From a virus (taxonomy: Duplodnaviria; Caudoviricetes), in the IMG/VR virus record IMGVR_UViG_3300025601_000007: DNA of 64,000 nucleotides. One strand, written 5' to 3'. How positions within the stretch are numbered: the stretch's first letter is position 1; each line of letters begins with the position of its first letter. The position numbers were made by a program, and so were the translations under genes. The notes under the pieces were generated by a model. That model worked only from the letters and a program-made list of their open reading frames with translations, was not told the DNA's origin and made no database searches. This document shows, in pieces, positions 21,801-30,699 of this stretch.

Positions 21801-21984
21801 AGTTGTTCACTCCTTTGTTAATCCATTGTTGATTACCATCAAAAGTGGTAATTTCATAAGGGAGATTTAGGTTGTCAAAAGTCATGTACGCAGGACTCTT
21901 TCCTTCTCCTGGTTGAAGGAAGGTATCGAAGTATACTATTGTTGTACCTGTTTTAGATTCTTTATAAAGGATTTCCTCGCGCAT
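18862..21984 (-). CDS. Large virion structural protein (1040 aa) with a carboxypeptidase-regulatory/prealbumin-like domain
   Basis: GVVFGRI...PLRNVPIGVF...YTNDEGEFVIHNVPTGTQTMVFEV; lies directly after the gp6-like gene. Confidence 0.5.
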   Translation of the reverse strand: MREEILYKESKTGTTIVYFDTFLQPGEGKSPAYMTFDNLNLPYEITTFDGNQQWINKGVNNSGVNPASAGIGTITGSVYTNTLDYTLSSSQKSRARRNFALDMNELFSGNSQSYIFFREQLVDDLFITIGLERTQKTLDTLSIYNNLRNSFPTQESDTGVVFGRIMAIQKVKDENGNNIKIPLRNVPIGVFAPSDVFSDATDVDDNGSRISFNLKEASKQSDYFNTESFSADTEQFLQDGSNFTQVPSHYKFMTYTNDEGEFVIHNVPTGTQTMVFEVDMFKQGLTKDEISLNFFPFPADNQPNFDTVPSFFFRQFPIDVVPTWGDFQTGYTEVNINSNLDLRKWSTFFVPPVAIDEETIEQLQSQGVPTPVQVQIRDMATEGYPIRNVEVVEVPDIRSREENQQFMWKNEFKQLKSRIEIRRDGWQAFKLPANCYDPQGLKTDREGVPTGNRGVWLAAYQMKLFYDSPQAIYRATGQKTVLTEDNTFSRRDHFHLNFPYENFDEVPISAAAEGASNGVFPYEKAWSHNYPEPYGIPRLPSQSNPDFYDNAGEDGSYVLEHPLYTDGDRIGHPFVEEFQDDGFGGGTGGYGVESDRTNGDWFRTDFSRFVSKNTLYRYENRGNRSEEYANGYKPNIPTFPAQPGVSSVLNGEKYQRTECGYGYFLKPEGWARTAIYSWWGISEATFDKDLNASNANSITTPEEGSVGGTISKSPHFNSMTVIASNTGQKTHLNLGSNSNSFIKTGYLDLYRIVNSNPNENLNPLKLKENESSITFYFGPTRVQGSHTAGNRKPQFKQTEDDGNQDEWRYAEHSEVNQSTVNDAKLYVQNLGIKTAKIKFGNGNAYSLAAGQGIELSLFEVANDWSHLTCQAESNADYDYTERYYTKCVYKFEFRNVKFYKNLTTTGSQNLRKTNTYYIITRELASTPPGGIHNKVHLHSISKNVKTRSSLTGNQKCNGGPRYYQNTADIRYRGSFWDGANSKRHAASYWSSQSPYELTCIEDSGYQIIDSDTVQSVFNLALDGDLGGVISGLSNLLDDIF

Positions 21985-22018
21985 CTACTTGCTTTTCAAT
22001 AAATATGCGCGAGGAAAT
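21971..22018 (-). promoter_or_regulatory. 14-bp perfect hairpin sequestering the start codon of 18862-21984, with a TATTTA box at the arm/loop junction
   Basis: mRNA strand reads ATTTCCTCGCGCAT-atttattgaaaagcaagtag-ATGCGCGAGGAAAT; the 3' arm is the ATG plus the next 11 coding nt. Confidence 0.7.
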
Positions 22019-22112
22019 TTATAATCTAAATAAAGCAGCCGTCTAACTTATAGTAGATTTAAGCTTTTTAAGAGAAATCATGTTCGAATCTAAAGGTCCT
22101 GACAAAGAAAAA

Positions 22113-23978
22113 TTAAGAGGCAACTCGCACCCTAATATCTTTATTTGGATTCCTGAGCTCAAACATAGCTAAAGAGCTTCCAAAAATGGCGTTGTCCTGT
22201 GGGTTCATAGCTACTCTGTATCCTCCAGTTCCAATGATGTTTTCAATTGCCCCTGTGGATTGAGCATGTAGCGTCTCTGAGTACCCACCTCCTTGCATGT
22301 TGAAGAAATCAATGTCTACAACGTTTACTACGCCTGGAAGCTCTCTCAACATATCGGTAAGCTGCGATATGTAAATGTTTTGCCCCATTTGCCAATTGTC
22401 TACATCAAAGAATTTTTCGACTTCATCAATAGCGGCTGCTTTAATCTCCCTTGTGTTGAAGTTGTTGTTATCAATGTACAAATCAATGTTCAGTGAAATA
22501 TTTATAACTTTTGCATCGTTTATTTCTACAAAGTCATTTACCATTCTATATTTGGAAAGATAGGTCACGATGTTGCTTTTTATTCTACTGGTGGAATTCG
22601 CAACAAGCTTCCCTTTTCCATTGATGGAAAGAATGTACATTTTAACTTTGTTATCTGAAACTTTAGAATGCAATCTGAATGGAACTCCAAACTTTCCATC
22701 CATCTGGTATGCTCTAGATGTGTAATCACCTATGGTTACACATCTTTCTTGTGCAGCATGGTTAGCTGAGATGTTATATTTTATCTCTTCAGTAGACGGC
22801 AGGCCTTTACCTCCAATCCCAGGAATAGGGTTGTTTGACTTGGTAGATGCAACTACTTCCGCGTTCGTAGCTTCACTTACCCCGTTTATTACTGATTCTA
22901 TATTTGCGACAGAAGTAAGAGTTGAGGCTCCTACGTTTGAAAGCTGCCCTCCTCCTACTCGATATTGAACATAAACAGTTGCGCTCTGAGGAATTTTATT
23001 TCCAAGAGCAGTGTTGTCTAAAATGTCTGAGACATTTAAGTTTGAATTATCCTGACATACGTCTTCTCCAGAAAGAGCGTTAATGTAAGTAGTGTATGCA
23101 GCATAGTCTTCATCTCCTCCGCCAAAAGTAATTCGGCAACTTCCATCCGCTAGAAATTCTTTTTCAAATCGTTTAGGGACATCTTTCCAATAGCCTATTT
23201 GAATTCCATTTACCTGAGAGAAATTATCGTTCTCCATGAATATTTGAGAGGTTGGCAAAAAGTCTACCTCATAGTATTTCATTGTGTCGTCGTTCCACTC
23301 TGAGTAAGTAGGTATCTTGTTGACACCTGCCGATGTGTATACGATAATTGAAATTATTTCCAGCACATTTTTTTCAGGAAGTTCAATCTGGTAAAAAGGA
23401 ACGCCCCCATCGGTTGTAACATCTTGCCTAAATGTCTTTGTTACTCCAGCGCGAATCTCTTCTCTTTTGACAATTCTATATTTTAGGAGGTCTTGGTTTG
23501 CGTTGAGAACTGGTTGAATAGTTCTGTTTGCTATTCCATTATCAGAAAAATCACTTGAAAAATCAATGTCATTGAGGGTTTCAAATATTTGACCAGCCCC
23601 TTTTACCTGCATACCCCTTCTGTATAACGGTAGATAAGTTATGCTTGGCCCAGTAGAGGTAGCGGGAACATCTATTATAACGTCAATCAGCGACACAGCT
23701 GGGCGAACGCCAGGCACTTTATACCCTTTTGTTTTAGCAAGGCGATAAACGGAGACTCTTTCTTGAACTCCATCCAAAAATAATTCATTAAACTTTTTGT
23801 CAGCAACATAGCTAAGCAAGTCGCCAACATAAGCATTTAGCTCAAGCATGGCCATTCCAGGTGACGCGACATTAAAATCTTGCCATTGGTCAGGAAAGTA
23901 TGCTTTTAAATACTTTATTAGGTCCTGTTTTATTGTTTGAAAATCTCTGCTGAGATAGTTTACTTGAATTTGTCTCAT
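22113..23978 (-). CDS. Baseplate wedge protein (T4 gp6 / baseplate J-like)
   Basis: YLSRDFQTIKQDLIKYLK...FNVASPGMAMLELNAYVGDLLSY, later YRVGGG and RCVTIGDY, typical of gp6/J; coupled to the gp25-like gene. Confidence 0.85.
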   Translation of the reverse strand: MRQIQVNYLSRDFQTIKQDLIKYLKAYFPDQWQDFNVASPGMAMLELNAYVGDLLSYVADKKFNELFLDGVQERVSVYRLAKTKGYKVPGVRPAVSLIDVIIDVPATSTGPSITYLPLYRRGMQVKGAGQIFETLNDIDFSSDFSDNGIANRTIQPVLNANQDLLKYRIVKREEIRAGVTKTFRQDVTTDGGVPFYQIELPEKNVLEIISIIVYTSAGVNKIPTYSEWNDDTMKYYEVDFLPTSQIFMENDNFSQVNGIQIGYWKDVPKRFEKEFLADGSCRITFGGGDEDYAAYTTYINALSGEDVCQDNSNLNVSDILDNTALGNKIPQSATVYVQYRVGGGQLSNVGASTLTSVANIESVINGVSEATNAEVVASTKSNNPIPGIGGKGLPSTEEIKYNISANHAAQERCVTIGDYTSRAYQMDGKFGVPFRLHSKVSDNKVKMYILSINGKGKLVANSTSRIKSNIVTYLSKYRMVNDFVEINDAKVINISLNIDLYIDNNNFNTREIKAAAIDEVEKFFDVDNWQMGQNIYISQLTDMLRELPGVVNVVDIDFFNMQGGGYSETLHAQSTGAIENIIGTGGYRVAMNPQDNAIFGSSLAMFELRNPNKDIRVRVAS

Positions 23979-24361
23979 TGTCCGTCATCAAAATTTACTG
24001 TAATTGATACATCGTCTTTTAAACCCCCTAATTCTGGGATTTTATAAATAACATCCACAGTCAATGTATAGCTCTCTTCATTAAAACTGTAGTTGATAGT
24101 ACTTATGCTTATGTTTGGAATAAATTCGATAATTTTATCAGTAAGTTCCTTGTTTAATTCCGATTGAGCCCTTGAGTCCCACGGCTCGAATATATAATCA
24201 TACAGAGGTGAGTACAAGCGGTTGTTCATTACGCGCTGACCTCTCTTGGTGGTCAACAGCGAAATTAAATTCGTGCGTATAGCATCTGCATCTGTTTTTG
24301 TAGTAGAAAACATGCCCCCTTGGCTGGTTTGTTGGAAAGGAAATCGAACTCCGATATACAT
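23975..24361 (-). CDS. Baseplate wedge initiator (GPW/gp25 family)
   Basis: IGVRFPF...IRTNLISLLTTKRGQRVMNNRLYSPLYDYIFEP; 128 aa; adjacent to the gp6-like gene. Confidence 0.85.
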   Translation of the reverse strand: MYIGVRFPFQQTSQGGMFSTTKTDADAIRTNLISLLTTKRGQRVMNNRLYSPLYDYIFEPWDSRAQSELNKELTDKIIEFIPNISISTINYSFNEESYTLTVDVIYKIPELGGLKDDVSITVNFDDGQ

Positions 24362-24434
24362 CTGTAATACAGTTTCTCATAAATAGAGGCGGGAAAAAAA
24401 GACCGCTATCTATTTATTTAAAAAGCACACGTAG

Positions 24435-24455
24435 ATGTCAATTTTCAAGATATGA
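24435..24455 (+). other. Six-codon minigene MSIFKI*, coupled (ATGA) to the endonuclease start
   Basis: ATG TCA ATT TTC AAG ATA TGA lies 18 nt after TATTTA (24411-24416) and mirrors the N-terminus MSTYKI of the 25567 gene. Confidence 0.5.
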
Positions 24456-25570
24456 GGCGATTAACAACAATAGAGTTTATACAAAAATCTACAATGATGA
24501 ATAATTGTAGATATTCTTACAGTAATGTCATTTATAAAAATGCTAGAACAAATGTTGTAATAACTTGCATTAAACATGGTAATTTTTCTCAAAACCCCAG
24601 CGTTCATCTACATCAAAAAAGTGGGTGTCCTAAATGCAAATCTTATGCCAATGGCGTTTTAAAAAAATCAAACACTCACGATTTCACTGAAAAATCCATA
24701 ATTGTACATGGGGCTACATATGATTATTCTTTAGTTGAGTATGAAAATAATCAAAAAAAGGTAAAAATTATATGTAGTTCACACGGAGAGTTTAGCCAAA
24801 CCCCAGCCAATCATTTATTTGGCAGCGGATGTAAACAGTGCGCCGATTGCAAATCGTCCAAAGCTCTAGTTTTGGGTCTTAAATCTTTTTCAGATAAAGC
24901 AAAAATGACTCATGGAGATAAATATAACTACTCCAGCGTTAACTACATTAATACAGCTACAAAAGTAAAAATTATATGCAGTTCACACGGAGAATTTAGT
25001 CAAACTCCAAATTCTCACCTTCAAGGAAATGGTTGCCCTCGGTGCTCAGGAAAAGCTAAGTACAACAAAAAAAAATTTCTTTTAAGAGCTATGGAAGTAC
25101 ATGGAAATCGTTATAAGTATACTGCCATAGGAAAAAATATTACCAATCGCACAAAAATTAATATCGACTGCTTAAAGCATGGAATTTTTGAGCAGTCGAT
25201 TGATGCTCACATAAATAAAAAACAAGGATGCCCTGTATGTAATACATCGAAAGGAGAGCTATTAATACAAGAATATCTAACCCTTAGAAAAATAAAGTTT
25301 TTTCCTCAAAAAACTTTTAATGATTGCATTAACCCAAAAACTGGAAAAAAACTTTATTTTGACTTCTATGTTGACGAGTTAAATACATGCATAGAATACG
25401 ATGGCGAACAACATGAGAAATCTATTGCACATTGGGGAGGGGAAAGAGGTTTTACTAAAAGGAAAGAACTTGATTCTATTAAAAATGATTACTGTGTAAA
25501 AAATGACATATCCTTGATTAGAATCAGGTTTGACGAAAAAATAAACTTAAAGCTTAACAACTTGCTATGA
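24452..25570 (+). mobile_element. Free-standing homing-endonuclease-like gene: repeated Zn-finger-like modules plus a C-terminal PD-(D/E)xK/Vsr-like nuclease
   Basis: Four CxxHG-F-Q-P...GCPxC modules, two of them near-identical at a 204-nt period (24761 and 24965); C-terminal FDFYVDELNTCIEYDGEQH; visibly more AT-rich than neighbours. Confidence 0.75.
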
Positions 25571-26988
25571 GCACTTATAAAATATACCCCTCGAAAGGTA
25601 ATACGATAGCATCGGGAGCTTTCGCCAACTTCAATTCCAGTCAAAATGCTGTGACGGACTTGTTTTATGGTGGAGGTGTTGAAACCTCTGTTAATCTTAG
25701 GAACGCATTCTCTAGATTTCTTGTCCAGTTTGACTTAGCTGGCTTGACCTCAAAGATTGCAAACAGAGAGATTATGTCTGGGTCAGTGATATCTTATAGA
25801 CTTAGAATGAAGAACTCCATCCCTGCAGAAAGACTTCTGGAGAAGAATTGGGAGTTTGATAAGCTACAGCGACAGATAGCTGCTTCTTTTGATTTGCAAG
25901 TATTCCCTGTGAACAAAGCTTGGGACGAAGGTCGCGGGTATGATTTGGTTAAAGAGGATTATCTTGTGAAACAAAAAGGAAATCTCCTTATTTCGGGGTA
26001 CTCGAACTGGAATTCGGCTTCTATCGCAACTGCGTGGGATGCTGCTGGGGTTTACACTAATCCATCTGCTTCCACGACAAGCTACGGAGAACAACACTTT
26101 GCTATTGGAAACGAAGATTTAAACATCGATGTAACCGACATTGTTGCTGACTGGTTGTCTGGTGGTTCCGCAAACTATGGAATGATGGTTGCGTACCGAC
26201 GAGATTATGAGGCTTTAAGTAGCGATACTCGAACGATTGCATCTTTCTTTACCCATAAGACCAATTCAGCATTTAAACCCTATATAGAGGTCTTATATGA
26301 CCAAACTATAAAAGATGACCGAAATCAAGTCACCAACAACAGAGCTTCAAGATTGTTTTTGTACACATTCTCTGGGAATACTCCTGCTAATTATTCGACA
26401 GCGAGCACAGTAAACATTTTAAACTCCGCTGGGTCTGCTGTTCACTCTGGATTGGTTCCAACTCAATTAGAGAAAGGCGTATATTACATCGATGTGTTTA
26501 TGAGCGGTACAACTCGTGGTCAACAATATAGAGATGTTTGGCAAGGCGTTTCTTTTAACACTGTATACGATACTCAAGATATCACTCAATACTTTACGAT
26601 TCAAGACAACTACTACACTGGGACACAGTTCCAGCCAGCTATAAATGATTACGTTCTTGATATTTACGGACTTCCAGAGGGCGGGATTGTTTATACAGAC
26701 CAGCAGATTAGAGTTTACTGTAACATGCGAGCTGCATATTCGACTCAGCCTCCAAAAAATAATTACTCAATCAAATACAGATTGTACATGAACAATCAGA
26801 TAGAGGCAGTTGGGTGGACCGAAGTGAATCAAGCAGTTATTAACAAGAAGAAACTAAACTATCTTACGTTGGACACAAGCTGGCTGCTTCATAATCAAAC
26901 ATATCAATTGCAGTTTCAAATAGAGGAGTGGGGCACCTCAAGAGTTTATCCTAAGACTATTGATTTCAAAGTGCAAAGACCTTTCTAA
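25567..26988 (+). CDS. Virion protein with a DNRLRE-like (carbohydrate-binding-type) domain
   Basis: FSRFLVQFDL...VFPVNKAWDEGRG...LNIDVTDIVADWLSGGSANYGMMV pattern. Confidence 0.6.
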   Translation: MSTYKIYPSKGNTIASGAFANFNSSQNAVTDLFYGGGVETSVNLRNAFSRFLVQFDLAGLTSKIANREIMSGSVISYRLRMKNSIPAERLLEKNWEFDKLQRQIAASFDLQVFPVNKAWDEGRGYDLVKEDYLVKQKGNLLISGYSNWNSASIATAWDAAGVYTNPSASTTSYGEQHFAIGNEDLNIDVTDIVADWLSGGSANYGMMVAYRRDYEALSSDTRTIASFFTHKTNSAFKPYIEVLYDQTIKDDRNQVTNNRASRLFLYTFSGNTPANYSTASTVNILNSAGSAVHSGLVPTQLEKGVYYIDVFMSGTTRGQQYRDVWQGVSFNTVYDTQDITQYFTIQDNYYTGTQFQPAINDYVLDIYGLPEGGIVYTDQQIRVYCNMRAAYSTQPPKNNYSIKYRLYMNNQIEAVGWTEVNQAVINKKKLNYLTLDTSWLLHNQTYQLQFQIEEWGTSRVYPKTIDFKVQRPF

Positions 26989-27909
26989 TGCAAAATCAAA
27001 TTATAGATGAGGGATTGTCGGAAGAAAAAGGCCTAAACGAACTGACCAGCGGCGTGTTGGTGGCTCTAGGTAATCAAATTGCTCAGGAGATTAATCAAAA
27101 CAAAGGGCACTTGGACTTAGGAACATATGGTCTCGTTCATACAGGCGGTATATCTCAAAAGTATCAAGAGAAATTAGGTCCAAAAGTTAATTCATTTTGG
27201 GAACAGCTGGACCTGCTGGTGTCAATTGTAAGAAGTAACGCAACTGGTTCGGCCCAATACATACACTCACCTAAAGCTGATGGCACATATAATTACGGTG
27301 CAACAAAGCGTATTGAGCTATTTGTGTCCCCAGAAGACATGCAAGAACTGGCAGATAAAGTGATTGAGTATAAAGATGAAGTCACAGGAATTGATGTATA
27401 TTTCAAGCTGTACTACTTGTTCCATAGTTTATTGCTGCATGAATTACGTCATGCGTTTGATGACATGCGTACCGATGGAATGATATTTAAGAATAAAAAA
27501 AACTATAAGGTTCCAAGATAAGCACGGCCACATGAATACTGAGCCAACAAGTGATGAAGACCCAGAAGTATTCAAAAAACAAAGAGGAAAAGCTTACCTT
27601 CAGCAACCTCACGAAATATGGGCTAGAGCATCTCAGGCAATGCATAATCTAAGATACACAGTTGGCACAGCCGAGTTTGATGAGACCATTAGAATGATTC
27701 CTTTAAAGCTTGTGGTGACACAATTCAGGACTAACTTTAAATGGTGGAATAATATTTCTGATAAAGCAAAAAGAAGACTTGTTAAAGCAGTTGCAAATCA
27801 GTGGAACGAAGTGGATATTGATTTAAAGCAAAAGAATGCATCAAACAGCGTGGAGCTCGCTGAGCTACGCCGTTACATCAGAAGTGTCGTGGCTGAGGTG
27901 GTCAGCTAA
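26988..27909 (+). pseudogene. Zincin-like (HELRH) protein split by a +1 frameshift at an A8 run; ~306 aa if joined
   Basis: ORF 26988-27521 has HELRHAFD; ORF 27532-27909 has YLQQPHEIWARA. The second frame is open from 27484, across A8 at 27495-27502. Confidence 0.6.
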
Positions 27910-28638
27910 TCGCTTTGTTGCGATTTCGAAATTCTCTTCATCTTTTTCTATTGCAATAAATCTCCTGCTTTCTTTTAAAGATGCTATCGGAGTTGTTCCA
28001 GAGCCCACGCAATTATCCAAAATAAGCTCTCCTGGGTTAGAGTAAGTTCGAATCATGTACCTCACAAGCTCTTCTGGCTTTTGTGTGGATATAAACCTTT
28101 GCTCTGCTCCTGAGTTGTCGTTGTTGACAGTGACCCACTCCTGGACGCTCGTTGGGTATCTATCTGTTTGTCCGCCTCCTTGTATGCCTTTCTTGGTCTT
28201 TCCGTATGTGGTTCCATCGGAAGTGTGCTTCGTGAATGAATTAACAGGCTTGTGTCCTGTTGTTTTCTGAGGATTGTAGGTGCATGGCTTCTTGTAAAAA
28301 ACAAGAACGTTCTCATGTTTTTTAAGAGGCTGGTGTTTTGCGTTCAAAAAGTTAGAGGACCTGTTTTTAACCCAAATCCATTCATACTTTAACCATTTGA
28401 TGTTGGATACTCCAAGAATTTTGTCGAAAGGGGTTGATGCTGTTAGCACATATGCACAGTTCTCTTTTCCAATGCGCTTGTACTCTTTCCACAAAAGCTC
28501 TAGGTCAATGGGTGAATCCCATTTGTTTTTAGTCTGGTTGTAAGGTAAATCACAAAAGACCATGTCCACTGAGTCTTTTGGAATAAGTTTCATCACCTCA
28601 AGGCAATCACCGAAATGAATAGTGTTTTCGTTCAGCAT
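27865..28638 (-). CDS. Orphan N6A/N4C DNA methyltransferase (beta class)
   Basis: GDCLEVMK...VDMVFCDLPYN catalytic motif precedes the ILDNCVGSGTT SAM-binding motif. Start taken at ATG 28638; no restriction gene is adjacent. Confidence 0.85.
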   Translation of the reverse strand: MLNENTIHFGDCLEVMKLIPKDSVDMVFCDLPYNQTKNKWDSPIDLELLWKEYKRIGKENCAYVLTASTPFDKILGVSNIKWLKYEWIWVKNRSSNFLNAKHQPLKKHENVLVFYKKPCTYNPQKTTGHKPVNSFTKHTSDGTTYGKTKKGIQGGGQTDRYPTSVQEWVTVNNDNSGAEQRFISTQKPEELVRYMIRTYSNPGELILDNCVGSGTTPIASLKESRRFIAIEKDEENFEIATKRLADHLSHDTSDVTA

Positions 28639-28645
28639 ATTTGTC

Positions 28646-29176
28646 TTATAGGGCTCTCCCTCTTTCTTCAATAGGAATTGCTTGGTTTACTTCATTATAA
28701 ATCAGTCGAGCCAATTCGTAGATTGCAAAGTAGCGTGCCTGGCTAATGCTTTGCTCTACATCTTCCGTCAACTGAACCACTCTTGTGTAAGTCCTCAAAC
28801 TGCTTACTGCGGAAATAACTACACAGTTTGTTTTTTTGTTGACCTCTGATATGAAAACGCTATAGCTTGAGCCATATTTCAGTCTACTTTTTTTAGCTAT
28901 TTTTTCGGCAGCAAGGTCGGTACATAAAGATGTTTGGATGTTTACTTCGTGAAGTTTAAAAAAAGAACGAATCATAGCAGGCCTTGGGGAGGTAATTCCA
29001 CATTTATATCCAATTTCTATATTTTGAGACAACTCTGACAAAGCAGTTCCAACCGTCCCCATTGTATATATTTCGACAGTGGTAATGGTAATTTTATGTT
29101 CTTCAATAGATTCAGCAATAATGCCTAAGAGTTCTTTTTTGCTGTAGCTATTTATAGCCGTTTTTTTCCAAATCAT
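28646..29176 (-). CDS. Hypothetical protein (176 aa)
   Basis: Operonic ORF between 29148-29405 and the methyltransferase. Confidence 0.6.
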   Translation of the reverse strand: MIWKKTAINSYSKKELLGIIAESIEEHKITITTVEIYTMGTVGTALSELSQNIEIGYKCGITSPRPAMIRSFFKLHEVNIQTSLCTDLAAEKIAKKSRLKYGSSYSVFISEVNKKTNCVVISAVSSLRTYTRVVQLTEDVEQSISQARYFAIYELARLIYNEVNQAIPIEERGRAL

Positions 29177-29405
29177 TTACACTGGGATAACGTAATTCTT
29201 TATTGCACACTTGGCACACTACTTTAAGCTCTGACGAACCCTTGTTTGACGAAACAAACTTTAACTCATCTTTTGGGTGTTCACAAAAGTTTTGAACCTC
29301 TTGCAGCTCTTGCTCTTGTTTTAAGATTCCGCTCTGCAGTTTCTTAGCTTTCCCTTTTAAGATTGTTTCTGCTTCTGTCAAATTGCGTTTTTTATTATCA
29401 GCCAT
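29148..29405 (-). CDS. Small protein with a possible zinc ribbon (CxH...CxxC)
   Basis: CEHP...CQVCNK; TATTTA box 24 nt upstream. Confidence 0.55.
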   Translation of the reverse strand: MADNKKRNLTEAETILKGKAKKLQSGILKQEQELQEVQNFCEHPKDELKFVSSNKGSSELKVVCQVCNKELRYPSVNDLEKNGYK

Positions 29406-29527
29406 TTAGTAGAACTATTGGTGCTCTAATAAATAACAGGCCTAGCGTTGTTTGTGCACCGTTTTCAAAACGTGCGATTATAAGCTATATTACAATTATA
29501 ATATCGAATTCGCAAGAAATCTTTAAT

Positions 29528-30493
29528 TTAATTGACTCTGATGTGCTTCGAAATAAGTTTTTGAAGCTCGCCCTCAACTGTATAATTCAGTAGTTTTTTT
29601 GAATTTGAGTTCGGTGCGAGTGGCGCCTGAGGAGTGTGTACATGTGTTAAAAGAATCCTAATCATCAAGTCTAAGAGTTTTATAAGTTCATCACCGAACA
29701 CTAATGGGTGAAGCCTGCTTGCTAACTCGCCCAACTCTTTTAGGTCGTCATTTATTTCAAATTTTTCTAAACTTTTCTCTCTAAACTTTCCTCTTGGTGA
29801 GTATATGTTTACAACAGTGGAAGTTAGTTCTCCAGCGCTGTATCGTGATATTTCAGCATTATCTCCAGTGTTCACTATTTGTTTTAACCTTAAATAAGAA
29901 GGGTGTTCAATGTTCGCTTTTATTGTTCCTGGGCTGAAAAGACCAGCAGCAATAAATATTTCTTTAGGCCTTAGTATAACGTGAGTGTCATCTCGACCTT
30001 GTAGCGCGACATCGCTTCTTTCAGGGAGAACTAGAGACGGTTCACTCCTAGAAAGAAGAGTCTGGTTAGGGTTGAAGCTAGATTTATCAAATACTCTAAT
30101 TGCGTCTCTATAGGATTGAAAGTTGAATTTAAGTTGAGAAGTAATTACTGGTCCAATCCAATACCTTGGAGCTGTTATTTCTGATGGGTTTTCCATTAAC
30201 AGTATAACCATTTCCCCAGGAATAGGCCTCATGTGAATAAAGCCAGGCATTAGAGGAATGGCATACTGTAGTTTTTCGTTAGAAATATTTCTATCTCTTC
30301 CGCCAGTAATTTCTCCTTTTTCATCTAAAGCAACGATACGCGCAACCAAGCGACCTTGTTCGGTCGGGTCTTCTTCATTTACAACAATTGCAGGGTAAAG
30401 GTTTTTCATGCTTGACAAGTTTGTTTTTGCCTGGTCAAACCTTTGTCCATTATCCTGTTGTAAGCTTTTTGCGTAATCGTCTATTCCTGGCAT
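29528..30493 (-). CDS. Baseplate hub/central spike protein (gp5/gpV-like OB fold)
   Basis: AIVVNEEDPTEQGRLVARI...PLMP...RPIPGEMVILL OB-fold pattern and C-terminal THVHT (HxH metal site of spikes). Confidence 0.75.
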   Translation of the reverse strand: MPGIDDYAKSLQQDNGQRFDQAKTNLSSMKNLYPAIVVNEEDPTEQGRLVARIVALDEKGEITGGRDRNISNEKLQYAIPLMPGFIHMRPIPGEMVILLMENPSEITAPRYWIGPVITSQLKFNFQSYRDAIRVFDKSSFNPNQTLLSRSEPSLVLPERSDVALQGRDDTHVILRPKEIFIAAGLFSPGTIKANIEHPSYLRLKQIVNTGDNAEISRYSAGELTSTVVNIYSPRGKFREKSLEKFEINDDLKELGELASRLHPLVFGDELIKLLDLMIRILLTHVHTPQAPLAPNSNSKKLLNYTVEGELQKLISKHIRVN

Positions 30494-30495
30494 TT

Positions 30496-30699
30496 TTAAA
30501 ACTTATCTAGTAGCTGTTTGTATTTATGTTCGATGTCATCTAATTTCATTCTTGAGGTTTCTATTGCTATTTTTATAACTTCTTTTTGTTTTAAGTCCTC
30601 TTCGGAATCTAGTTGTTCACACATCTCTATGATGGTCGACTTGAGTTTTCCGTGCTCCTTCCCAAGTATTTGTAAATCTTTAAGCGTATCTTGTTTCAT
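30496..30699 (-). CDS. Small coiled-coil hypothetical protein
   Basis: 67 aa, coupled in the operon. Confidence 0.6.
   Translation of the reverse strand: MKQDTLKDLQILGKEHGKLKSTIIEMCEQLDSEEDLKQKEVIKIAIETSRMKLDDIEHKYKQLLDKF

Noticed and set aside
27865-28638. Restriction-modification system formed by the methyltransferase and the 24452 nuclease
   Set aside because: The genes are not adjacent or co-oriented, and the nuclease has the repeated-module, late-gene-insertion pattern of a homing endonuclease.
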